Shown in pieces: positions 38,249 to 46,870 of a stretch of DNA of 64,000 nt (its first letter is position 1; each line of letters starts with the position of its first letter). The stretch spans positions 29,232 through 93,231 of the forward strand of contig JBDKTA010000014.1 in NCBI GenBank assembly GCA_039680605.1, in the 5' to 3' direction. Below the pieces are notes generated by a model that was not told where the DNA came from, did not search any database, and saw nothing but the letters and a program-made list of their open reading frames with translations. Position numbers and translations under genes: made by a program. The stretch is from Planctomycetaceae bacterium (lineage in GTDB: Bacteria; Planctomycetota; Phycisphaerae; SM23-33).

Positions 38249-39064
38249 TCAAGGGACCAGAAAGACATCATCGGCGCTCTGGGGCAGTTCATCCACGGTC
38301 AGAGCGCCGGTCAATTTATTGGACGGATCCCAGATGGTGTTGTTGTCCGGGCCGATGGCCACCGATGATGTCCTGCTGACGGAGGTGTCGGCGCGCAGGA
38401 TGTTCTGCTCGCCGCCGCCGTGATTGGTCGACAGCGCCCCGTGGTTGGCGGTTGTGGGGTCCATCCTGTACCACTTGCCCCCCGCGGCATTGTCGCCGGT
38501 CACCGTCCCGTGCGCCGTCAGCGGGCTCTTGTCAGCCAGCACTACCTTATCCTTGCTCGTCAGCAATCCCAGCAGGAACCCCGTCGTGCCGGTCTTGATC
38601 TGGTGCTGGTAGGAATATGAGATGTTCCTGTAAGAGTTGAATCCCACCTGGTTGGGCAGGTCCATCGGATCCGGCGAGGCCCCGCTGGCGCCGGGGCAGA
38701 CGAAGGCCCCTGGCACTGCGTAGTTCACGCTGCGGGCAGCGGCGTTGTCGGGCACCGCCATCAGCATGAACAGCGGGCGAGTCGCATCGGCCACGTCGAG
38801 CGTGGCCGGATCGTTGTTATTGTGGCCGATCTTCCCGTAAGCGTTGCCGGGGGCAACAGATTCGATCGAGGGAAAGCGGGATTTGTTCGCATGGGCGAAC
38901 TGGTGCAGAGCCCCGCCGATGACCCGAAGGTTTGACGCGCATTTGGTCTTGTTGGCCTCACTCATCGAATTGCCGATCACGGGAACCAGGATGCCCACCA
39001 GCAAGGCGATAATCGCTATGACGATCAACAACTCGACGAGGGTAAAGGCATGGCGGCGGTTCAT
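38249..39064 (-). CDS. DUF1559 (H-X9-DG) prepilin-type protein, second tandem copy
   Basis: MNRRHAFTLVELLIVIAIIALLVGIL... and ...NHGGGEQNILRADTS.... Start at internal Met. Confidence 0.75.
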   Translation of the reverse strand: MNRRHAFTLVELLIVIAIIALLVGILVPVIGNSMSEANKTKCASNLRVIGGALHQFAHANKSRFPSIESVAPGNAYGKIGHNNNDPATLDVADATRPLFMLMAVPDNAAARSVNYAVPGAFVCPGASGASPDPMDLPNQVGFNSYRNISYSYQHQIKTGTTGFLLGLLTSKDKVVLADKSPLTAHGTVTGDNAAGGKWYRMDPTTANHGALSTNHGGGEQNILRADTSVSRTSSVAIGPDNNTIWDPSNKLTGALTVDELPQSADDVFLVP

Positions 39065-39188
39065 CACGTCCATCTCCTGTTGCTGCGTCGGCACTCGGTC
39101 CCTGGCAGGCTCCTGCGCGTGGCCCCGTCCGGACATATTGTAACGTCGGCGGGACTGCGTTGCCATATCATCTCTTCCGCCAAGGGAT

Positions 39189-39361
39189 TTCACCGCGGAG
39201 GTCGCAGAGACCGCAGAGGTGTTTTGAGCGAAAAGACTTTACAGCGAATTACGCAGGCAGGCCGCGTGGACAGTCTGAGGGCGCAGAAGCTGTTTCAAGG
39301 ATGGGGCTGTTATGCTTGAAGCCTATTTCGTCTCTGCGGTCTCTGCGAACTCCGCGGTGAA
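39189..39361. repeat. intergenic inverted-repeat element, family A copy 1 (30-bp arms, ~110-bp interior)
   Basis: Left arm ttcaccgcggaggtcgcagagaccgcagag (39189..39218). Right arm ctctgcggtctctgcgaactccgcggtgaa (39332..39361) is its reverse complement with 1 mismatch over 29 bp. The right arm is 29/30 identical to the right arm of copy 2 at 60046..60077. Confidence 0.6.
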
Positions 39362-39370
39362 CCATCTTGC

Positions 39371-39396
39371 TTGACAAGGCTCGCCGGCCGTACAAT
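39371..39396 (+). promoter_or_regulatory. promoter-like TTGACA(14 bp)TACAAT immediately after repeat arm
   Basis: Consensus -35 and near-consensus -10 hexamers, but the spacer is only 14 bp. Listed as weak. Confidence 0.15.
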
Positions 39397-39622
39397 ATGC
39401 CATCAGCGAGAGCCTTCGGAGCGGGAGGGGGTTACGAAGGTGCATGCCCGCGCCTCAGAAAGGCCTCCAAAGACGCTGGCTGGAGCAGTCCGATGAGCTT
39501 TTTGACCTGCCTGAGAACAATCGCGAGGGGATCAGCGAATACTGGCGATTGGTTTTGCGTCACAGCGGTGTCTCAAAAACCAAGTGTCCTGCCGAAAAAG
39601 GATTGAAAGGATGGGTTTTGCC

Positions 39623-42600
39623 ATGAAAAAAAGTAGCAGTAAAAACGGCTCGGCATTGCTGATGGTTGTCGGCCTGCTGACCATTCTGGCAATGCTGGGG
39701 GGAACCTTCCTGATTGTCGCCTCGACGCATCGCAAGGTCGCCGGAAACGTCATTGCCGCCTCGCCGCTCAACGAAGCCCAGTCCGGAGCGGCCGCCCAGG
39801 TCGTGCAGTTGCTCAAGAGCGACCTTTTTCTCGATGCCCTGGGGCCTTACAGCCTGGCCAAGGGAGCCGCCACCGACGACGAATACCTCGCCTGGTATGC
39901 CGATACTGCCGTCTCGGATGTACTCAAGCAGCCGCTCAAGGCGGCCTACAACCTCTCCCAGGGAACATACGACGGATATACCCTTGTCGACACCAATGGG
40001 GACCTGGTCCCCGACGCGCGGCTGGTTCCCATCCCGAACATGACCAATGAAAACGGTGTGCAGATCTATATTGCCGTAAGCGTAGAGGATCTGGGCTCGA
40101 AGCTTAACACCAACACGGCGGGGGAAGTCGGCCTGGCCCTGACGCCCAGCACGCCGGCGGAGGTGTATCTCAAGCAATTCCTCGACTCGGATCTGCGGCC
40201 TTACTATACCTCCGTGCATGACGCCCGGCGTGGGACGGCCGCGGCGGACCTGGCGTCATACAGCACGGGCGCGGCGCTCAAGGCCGGCGGTCTGCCCTCC
40301 ACCACGGCGTACAACCTCTTCACGATGGACGACGAACTGCAGTTGCGATGGCGGGGTTACTGCTCGGGCGCGAAGGTGGGGCGCCTGTACAACGTGCTGC
40401 ACACCTTCTCCAAGAACGGCGAGCTGACGACCATGTCCCGCTCGCGATCACTGCTGCGCCACCCGACGGCGGCATTGAAGAAACGCCTGTCGCTGTACTC
40501 GTGGGACGCCACCGAGAACCTGGTGCTCAACCGGGCGTTGCTGGATGACGACGCCACGCGGACCTGGTTCTACGAGGAGATGAAGAAGGCCTTGGGCGCC
40601 AAAGGTGGGGTGGAACCGCAGGAAGTAATCATGGACAATGCCGGTTCAGGCGTGACCTTTACGGGCACGTGGGGCGGTAGCACGACTCTTCCGGGGTACT
40701 ACGGCACGAACTACAGCTGGGCAAATGCTGGGAGCAATACCGCCTGTTTCACCCCGGGCATGACCGCTGCAGCCAACTACAATGTTTACCTCTGGTGGAC
40801 AGCGTCGGCAGCCCGCCCGACAAATGCGTCAGTCACCGTCGTGTACAAAGGCGGGACAGATACAAAAACCGTCAACCAAAGAGTCAATGGCTCGCAATGG
40901 AATTTGCTTGGAAAGTATGCCTTTGAGGCCGGAACCCTTGGGAATGTCACAATTTCCGCGGCCGGAGCGGATGGCGTCGTCACAGCCGACGCCGTCCGAT
41001 TTGAACCACTTCCGCCGGATCCCATCCCAATACCGCCTCCGGTCATCATGGACAATACATCAGCAGGCGTTGCCTATGTCGGGACCTGGGCCCTCAGCAC
41101 GTCCTTGGCTGGATTTTGGGCCACGAATTATGCCTGGTGCGGAGCTGGAAACTATACGGCCACCTTCACTCCTAATATTCCCGTGTCAGGAGAGTATGAA
41201 GTATACATGTGGTGGACAGCAAGCAGCAGCCGCCCGACGAATCTGGGAGTAGACGTTAAATACGCTTCCGGTACCGCTTCGCACACGGTAAATCAGCAGA
41301 CTAATGGAAGCGCTTGGAATCTGCTGGGCACATACCGCATGGACCCAGGCACAGGCAACTCAGTTACCTTGAAGAACGCCGGGATCAATGGAATATCCAC
41401 AGCCGACGGTGTGAAATTTGTATGTATTTCGACCGAACCAGAATCTGATGGACCCGCCGAGACTGGCATGGTCGACCATTTTGTGGCCAATCTCTGGGCG
41501 TACTTGTCGAATCTGGACCCGACGACGCATGCGTTCAAGGTGGGCAAGGCGTACGGGGTCGTGCCGCAGTTGGTCATCAGCGAGGCCTTCGCCCAGACGT
41601 ATCCCGAGAGCAACCCGGGCGTCGGTGATCACGGATGGGCCTACGCCATCGAGTTGATGAACCCGACCAACCAGAGCATTCCTCTGGGCAACTATGCCTT
41701 CTCCAGCGGCACGGCCAGCGAGGTAAGGCTCAGCACCATCGGATGCCCGGCGAACCTGGCGGCCGGGGCGAAGATCGTGCTGTACAGTTTCGGCGGCAAG
41801 AAGTTCGAGAACCGATTGCAGGCGGCGACGGCGAATGACGCGGCGCTGTTTGGCGTCTCTGCCAACGTGATGGGATGGAAGCGAGTCGGCGACAGCACGA
41901 GCAGTCTGCTGGACTTCGCCCAGGCCAACACCGCCGGCGGGGCGATCAAGCTCTACCGCCTGGTCACCGACAACGGCAACCACGTGATCCCCGTCGACAG
42001 CGTCACCGGCGCTGATATCGGTTTCACCATCAAGGACCCCAAGACCGAGACAAGAACCGGCAGCCCTCCCACGCCCTTTGTGGGAATGCGCGACGACAGT
42101 TGGGCGACCAATTTCGGCGGCCGCGGGCGCGCCATCGTCGCGGCGATGGAGAAGAAGACCCTCCATTCGCTGGGTCTGGCGGCCGATAACGGCATCACCG
42201 ACGACAGCATCAACGCCTCGCCGGTGTCCAAGGGCTTCTTCATCCGCAAGGGCGAGACCATCCCGGCGACGCTGGGCGAGGTGCTGGGGCGGTTCATTGT
42301 GGGTCCCGAGGCCGAAACCGCCGTCACCGAGTACAAGGACCTGCCGCGGCAGTTGCTGGCGCTGGCGGCGTCGCAGACCCGCGGCAAGCTCGACTACAAG
42401 GGCGAAGCCCCCGCGGCGTGGACGAAGGATTATCCCAACATCAACTTCTCCTGCGTGATTCCCGAGCTGCTCCAGATGCTGCCCACGCATGACAGCGTCG
42501 CCACGGGCGTCCAGTACGGGTTGATCAACATCAACACCGCCAGCAAGAAGGTGCTCTCGCAACTGCCCTTCCCGCTGACGTTGAAGATGGGCGCCACCGA

Positions 42601-42967
42601 CGTGACGGAGTGGAACAGCAAGCGGGACACGCACATTGCGGCTATCGCCGACGCCATCATCGCCAAGCGCGACGCGACGCCGTACACCACGCCCGGGGCG
42701 GTGGCGGCCGATATCGTCGACTACACCCGCACCAAAGTGCTGGGCAGCACTACGGGGCTGGGATATTACGAAGCCCAGAACGCCCTGTGGAACGCCGTCA
42801 GCAACTGCGTCACGGTCAGCAGCGACATCTATGCCGTCTACATCCGCGTGCAGTTGGGCAGCGCCGGAACGCAGGGCACCAAGTTCTACGTGGCGATCAT
42901 CGACCGCAGCAACTGCAAGCTGCCCACGGATCAACCCGCCATCCTGATGACGACGCGGGTGGAATAG
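39623..42967 (+). CDS. giant GspK/PilX-like minor pseudopilin with inserted tandem carbohydrate-binding-like domains
   Basis: N-terminus KNGSALLMVVGLLTILAMLGGTFLIV (PilX/GspK-type). C-terminal ...NINTASKKVLSQLP... resembles GspK helix-hairpin-helix. Two tandem ~125-aa repeats (VIMDNAGSGVTFTGTWGGST...YNVYLWWTASAARPTNASV... and VIMDNTSAGVAYVGTWALST...YEVYMWWTASSSRPTNLGV...) sit at nt ~40620-41420. ORF-track start is 39584; Met14 at 39623 was chosen. Confidence 0.55.
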   Translation: MKKSSSKNGSALLMVVGLLTILAMLGGTFLIVASTHRKVAGNVIAASPLNEAQSGAAAQVVQLLKSDLFLDALGPYSLAKGAATDDEYLAWYADTAVSDVLKQPLKAAYNLSQGTYDGYTLVDTNGDLVPDARLVPIPNMTNENGVQIYIAVSVEDLGSKLNTNTAGEVGLALTPSTPAEVYLKQFLDSDLRPYYTSVHDARRGTAAADLASYSTGAALKAGGLPSTTAYNLFTMDDELQLRWRGYCSGAKVGRLYNVLHTFSKNGELTTMSRSRSLLRHPTAALKKRLSLYSWDATENLVLNRALLDDDATRTWFYEEMKKALGAKGGVEPQEVIMDNAGSGVTFTGTWGGSTTLPGYYGTNYSWANAGSNTACFTPGMTAAANYNVYLWWTASAARPTNASVTVVYKGGTDTKTVNQRVNGSQWNLLGKYAFEAGTLGNVTISAAGADGVVTADAVRFEPLPPDPIPIPPPVIMDNTSAGVAYVGTWALSTSLAGFWATNYAWCGAGNYTATFTPNIPVSGEYEVYMWWTASSSRPTNLGVDVKYASGTASHTVNQQTNGSAWNLLGTYRMDPGTGNSVTLKNAGINGISTADGVKFVCISTEPESDGPAETGMVDHFVANLWAYLSNLDPTTHAFKVGKAYGVVPQLVISEAFAQTYPESNPGVGDHGWAYAIELMNPTNQSIPLGNYAFSSGTASEVRLSTIGCPANLAAGAKIVLYSFGGKKFENRLQAATANDAALFGVSANVMGWKRVGDSTSSLLDFAQANTAGGAIKLYRLVTDNGNHVIPVDSVTGADIGFTIKDPKTETRTGSPPTPFVGMRDDSWATNFGGRGRAIVAAMEKKTLHSLGLAADNGITDDSINASPVSKGFFIRKGETIPATLGEVLGRFIVGPEAETAVTEYKDLPRQLLALAASQTRGKLDYKGEAPAAWTKDYPNINFSCVIPELLQMLPTHDSVATGVQYGLININTASKKVLSQLPFPLTLKMGATDVTEWNSKRDTHIAAIADAIIAKRDATPYTTPGAVAADIVDYTRTKVLGSTTGLGYYEAQNALWNAVSNCVTVSSDIYAVYIRVQLGSAGTQGTKFYVAIIDRSNCKLPTDQPAILMTTRVE

Positions 42968-42974
42968 CCTTCAC

Positions 42975-42997
42975 GCCCAGGGTTCTAATCCCTGGGC
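42975..42997. terminator. GC-rich hairpin between convergent genes (candidate bidirectional terminator)
   Basis: gcccaggg-ttctaat-ccctgggc: 8-bp stem, 7-nt loop. Lies 8 nt after the GspK-like stop. The stop codon of the minus-strand oxidoreductase lies in the loop. No U-tract follows. Confidence 0.35.
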
Positions 42998-45153
42998 TTA
43001 CCGCAGGCCCAGACCGTCAGTGCGTCGCGGTACTCCCGGTCGAGGATGATCGTGCGGTTCTCGGCCGCGGACGTGACGGCGGCAAAACTGGCCAGCGTGG
43101 AGTTGACGATCTGGTCCAGCGGGATCAGCGCCTCGCCGCCGCTGCCCAGGCGGTTGACGAACGCCGCCACCTGGCGCAGGTGCCCGCGGTCGCTCGACGT
43201 CGTTCGCAGCCGCTTGAACGAGGGGAATCCGAAGCCCTCTAGTTCCTTGAAGTCTCGCAGGCGCAGCACGCGCTCGTCGCTGAAAATCTCCAGTTCGTCG
43301 CCCAACCAGTCGGCGCTTCCATTGGCGAAAAAGTTCAGCACGGCCGTCGAACCGTCCTCGAAACCCAGGCAGATGGCGGTGCGATCTTCGCGCACCAGCC
43401 CTCGCGAGGCCCGCGTCGCCGCCACAGTCTTGATGGGCGCACCGGCCAGCAGCGCCAGCAGATCGATATAGCTGACGGCCTGGCCGATCACGCGACCCCC
43501 GCCGCGCACCGGGTCGTGCAGCCAGTGTTCCGGCGGCACATAGCCGGCGTTGACAGTCATGTTCATCGTCAGCGGCTCGCCGCGCCCGATCAGCAGGCGC
43601 TGGATCTGGGCGACGTGGCGGCTGAATCGCAGGTTGAAGCCCACCAGCAACTGCCGGTCGCTGTGGCGGTCGGCCGAATGCAGCACCGCCTGCAGATCCG
43701 CAAGGTTCGTCGCCAGCGGACGCTCCACCAGCACGTGCTTGCGATTCTCCAGCGACTGGATCACCAGATCGGCGTGGGCATTGTGCCCGGTGGCGATCAG
43801 CACGGCGTTGACGTTGGCGTCGCGCATGATCGTCGAGACGTCGGTGACAGCCCGGCCGGCGTTGAACCGCCGCGCGAGCGCTCGGGCGGCATCGAGTTCC
43901 AGGTCCGCCACGTGGGCGATCTGCGCCTGCGTGCGGGCCAGGGCCGGCAGCAGAACCTCGCCGGCATGGCGACCCGCCCCGATGACCGCCACCGACGGCT
44001 CCACCGCCGATGACGAACGCTGTCGCTGGACGGGTCCAGCCGAACGGGCCTCGCCGGAACCGGGATACTCGACGAGCACCGCCCCGGCCAGACGTGTCAG
44101 TTCGGGGTAGTGATCCGCGACGTCCGACAGGGCGATCCGCCGTTCGATCAGCGCCTCGGCGTTCAGACGCCCGCCAGCCATGGCCTCGAGCACGGCCTGG
44201 ATATCCCGCTGGGCGGACCAGCGGATGAATCCCAGGGGATAATCCCGCCGCCCCAGTTCGTAATCAGCGTCAAAGCGGCCTGGCCCCTGCGTGCCGGCGG
44301 CCGTAACCGTCAACTCCTTGCCCTTGACCAACGCCTCTTCACCAACCACGCTGCCCAGGCCCGTCAGGACGACGCGCCCGCCGCGGCGGCATAAGGCGCC
44401 AGCGGTCGCCGCAGCGGCGTGCTCAGCGTCGAGGTTGACTATCACCGCATCGGCCCCGCCGCCGGGCAGAGCCGCAGCGATGCGGCGCAGACTCTCGGGA
44501 TCGTCCAGCGACAGGCTCGTCGCGCCAACCCGGGCCGCCAGCGCCAACCGGTCGGCGTCACTATCGGCGGCCAGCACGTTGCATCCCCCTGCCGCCAGCA
44601 ACTGCGCCGTCAGCAGCCCGATCAGGTCCAGGCCCAGCACCACTGCGCTTTCGCCCAGCGTGCATTGGGCCAATCGCACCGCGTGCAGCGCGATCGCCGC
44701 GGGGATAGCAAAAGCCGCCGCCGCGTCGGAAACGGTCTCGGGGACAACCTGGCAGAGTCGCTGAGGCGCCTGGGCGATCTCGGCGTGCGGGAACAGCCCG
44801 GCAACGCGCTGCCCCGGCGCCACGGACCTCACGCCCCGCCCCACCGCCAGCACCACCCCGACGCCGCTGAAGCCCAGCGGCAGCGGAACGTTCATGTGGC
44901 GGTAGAGGGTCTCCAGCGTGGGCATGACGCCGCCCGCGGAGGCGGCCTGGAGCGCTTGGTCGATCTGGGCGGCCGACGCCCCGCCGCGAGCCGCCAGGGC
45001 GGCGGCACTGCCTTCTGCCAGCGTGCGATCGAACGTACCGGCCACCAGCGTGCGGCGCGTGCGGATCAGCACGCAACCGCTCTGGCACAGCGGGGCCTCG
45101 ACCTGGCAGCCGCGCACGCCTCCGTTCTGCATGTCCTCAATGATCTGTATCAA
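42985..45153 (-). CDS. bi-domain oxidoreductase paralog (MDR/ADH-like N-terminal plus Gfo/Idh/MocA C-terminal)
   Basis: Same architecture as 8964..11141. N-terminus (L)IQIIEDMQNGGVRGCQVEAPL...LIRTRRTLVAGT aligns with MKQILQDLRGGQTRLVEVPSP...LIRTTRTLISAGT. Start set at an in-frame TTG at 45153 based on that alignment; the ORF-track start at 45303 would overlap cysC. Confidence 0.65.
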   Translation of the reverse strand: MIQIIEDMQNGGVRGCQVEAPLCQSGCVLIRTRRTLVAGTFDRTLAEGSAAALAARGGASAAQIDQALQAASAGGVMPTLETLYRHMNVPLPLGFSGVGVVLAVGRGVRSVAPGQRVAGLFPHAEIAQAPQRLCQVVPETVSDAAAAFAIPAAIALHAVRLAQCTLGESAVVLGLDLIGLLTAQLLAAGGCNVLAADSDADRLALAARVGATSLSLDDPESLRRIAAALPGGGADAVIVNLDAEHAAAATAGALCRRGGRVVLTGLGSVVGEEALVKGKELTVTAAGTQGPGRFDADYELGRRDYPLGFIRWSAQRDIQAVLEAMAGGRLNAEALIERRIALSDVADHYPELTRLAGAVLVEYPGSGEARSAGPVQRQRSSSAVEPSVAVIGAGRHAGEVLLPALARTQAQIAHVADLELDAARALARRFNAGRAVTDVSTIMRDANVNAVLIATGHNAHADLVIQSLENRKHVLVERPLATNLADLQAVLHSADRHSDRQLLVGFNLRFSRHVAQIQRLLIGRGEPLTMNMTVNAGYVPPEHWLHDPVRGGGRVIGQAVSYIDLLALLAGAPIKTVAATRASRGLVREDRTAICLGFEDGSTAVLNFFANGSADWLGDELEIFSDERVLRLRDFKELEGFGFPSFKRLRTTSSDRGHLRQVAAFVNRLGSGGEALIPLDQIVNSTLASFAAVTSAAENRTIILDREYRDALTVWACGKPRD

Positions 45154-45277
45154 TATATTACCTCGGAAGTCGCAAAGCCCTTCTCGATAGTATCGGCTGA
45201 AAGACGTTGCTGCCAGAGCGGATGTTGGGGGGAAAAAAGTTGAAACTTGGACCATTGCAGGCCACAATGTTTTACCC

Positions 45278-45940
45278 ATGGCAAAAGAGATAACATCGCG
45301 CAATCTGACGACCGACCGCGGGTCGATCTCACGCGCCCACCGCGAGGCGCTGCTGGGTCAGCGCGGCTGCGTGGTCTGGTTGACCGGGCTGAGCGGGTCG
45401 GGCAAGAGCACCATCGCCCGCGCGCTGGAGGAGGCCCTGACGACGACGGGGCGGCTGGTCTACGTGCTCGACGGCGACAACCTTCGCCAGGGTCTCAACG
45501 CCGACCTGGGCTTCTCGCCCCAGGACCGCCACGAGAACGTCCGTCGCGGCGGGCAGGTGGCCGCCCTGCTGGCCGACGCGGGCGTCATCACGATCACCGC
45601 CTTCATCTCACCCTATCGCAAGGGACGCCGCGAGGCGCGACAGGCCGCCCCGCACGCACGATTTGTCGAAGTCTACGTCGAGGCTCCCATCGAACTGTGC
45701 CGACGCCGCGACCCCAAGGGGCTATACCGCAAGGCCAAACAGGGCAAGATTCCGGACATGACGGGCATAGCCGCGGCAGCGCCTTATGAGGCGCCGCGCA
45801 CGCCCGAAGTCGTTCTCCACACCGCCCGATACACCGCCGCCCAATGCGCTCAGCGCCTGCTGGCGTATCTGCGCCGACGCAAGATGATTCCCGCCGGTCC
45901 CACCCCGGCCAAGAAGCAAAGGTCCTCCCGTGCCGTATAA
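45278..45940 (+). CDS. cysC: adenylyl-sulfate (APS) kinase
   Basis: P-loop [12 protein letters not shown] and [17 protein letters not shown] motifs; 220 aa. Confidence 0.85.
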   Translation: MAKEITSRNLTTDRGSISRAHREALLGQRGCVVWLTGLSGSGKSTIARALEEALTTTGRLVYVLDGDNLRQGLNADLGFSPQDRHENVRRGGQVAALLADAGVITITAFISPYRKGRREARQAAPHARFVEVYVEAPIELCRRRDPKGLYRKAKQGKIPDMTGIAAAAPYEAPRTPEVVLHTARYTAAQCAQRLLAYLRRRKMIPAGPTPAKKQRSSRAV

Positions 45941-46835
45941 CCTGACACACCTGGCGCAACTGGAAGCCGAGAGCATCCACATTTTCCGCGAGGTCGTGGC
46001 CGAGTGCCGCAACCCGGTGATGCTCTATTCGGTCGGCAAAGATTCCTCGGTGCTGGTCCGCCTGGCACAGAAGGCCTTCGCCCCCGGGCCGATCCCCTTC
46101 CCGCTGCTGCACGTGGACACGACGTTCAAGTTTCGCCAGATGGTCGAGTTCCGCGACGCCTTCACCGCCGACATCGGGGCCAAGCTGCTGGTACATATCA
46201 ACACCAAGGCCCTGGAAGAGATCGGCCCGTACGAAAAATGGACCTGCTCGCTCTGCTCGAACCTGCTCAAGACCCAGGCGCTGGTGGAGGCGCTGAAGAA
46301 GTACGATTTCGATGCGGCCTTCGGCGGCGCGCGACGCGACGAGGAAAAATCCCGCGCCAAGGAACGCATCTTCTCCTTCCGCGACGAGTTCATGCAGTGG
46401 GACCCCAAGAACCAGCGCCCCGAGCTGTGGAACCTCTACAACACGCGATGCGCCCGCACGGAATCGTTCCGCGTCTTCCCGCTGTCGAACTGGACCGAAC
46501 TGGACATCTGGAACTACATCTTCGTCGAGAACATTCCCATCGTGCCGCTGTACTTCGCCAAACCGCGGCCGGTCATCCGCCGCAACGGCATGCTGCTGCT
46601 GGCCGGCGAGCTCAACAAGCCCCTGCCCGGCGAGAGCGTCGAGACCCTCAACGTGCGGTTCCGAACGCTCGGCTGCCAGCTTTGCACCGGGGCCGTCGCC
46701 AGCGACGCCGACACGCTGGAGAAGATCATCGAAGAGACGATGGTGGCGCGCACCTCCGAGCGGCAGAACCGCGCCGTCGACCAGGAAAGCGGCAGCGCTT
46801 CGATGGAAGAGAAGAAGCGCGAAGGGTATTTCTGA
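45930..46835 (+). CDS. cysD: sulfate adenylyltransferase subunit 2
   Basis: [12 protein letters not shown]...[12 protein letters not shown]...PLLHVDT...FRD, close match to the CysD N-terminus. GTG start overlapping cysC by 11 nt. Confidence 0.85.
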   Translation: MPYNLTHLAQLEAESIHIFREVVAECRNPVMLYSVGKDSSVLVRLAQKAFAPGPIPFPLLHVDTTFKFRQMVEFRDAFTADIGAKLLVHINTKALEEIGPYEKWTCSLCSNLLKTQALVEALKKYDFDAAFGGARRDEEKSRAKERIFSFRDEFMQWDPKNQRPELWNLYNTRCARTESFRVFPLSNWTELDIWNYIFVENIPIVPLYFAKPRPVIRRNGMLLLAGELNKPLPGESVETLNVRFRTLGCQLCTGAVASDADTLEKIIEETMVARTSERQNRAVDQESGSASMEEKKREGYF

Positions 46836-46870
46836 GACTCAAAAGACGCTAAACCGCAAGCGGGTATTCC

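Noticed and set aside
39371-39396. TTGACA ... TACAAT promoter look-alike
   Set aside because: Spacer is 14 bp, outside the 16-18 bp functional range for sigma70-type promoters. Kept only as a very low-confidence feature.
42975-42997. tRNA T-arm-like sequence cagggTTCTAATccctg
   Set aside because: No matching 5' acceptor strand (gtaagcc), D-arm or anticodon arm in the preceding ~70 nt, which are the coding 3' end of the GspK-like gene. Interpreted as a terminator-type hairpin instead.
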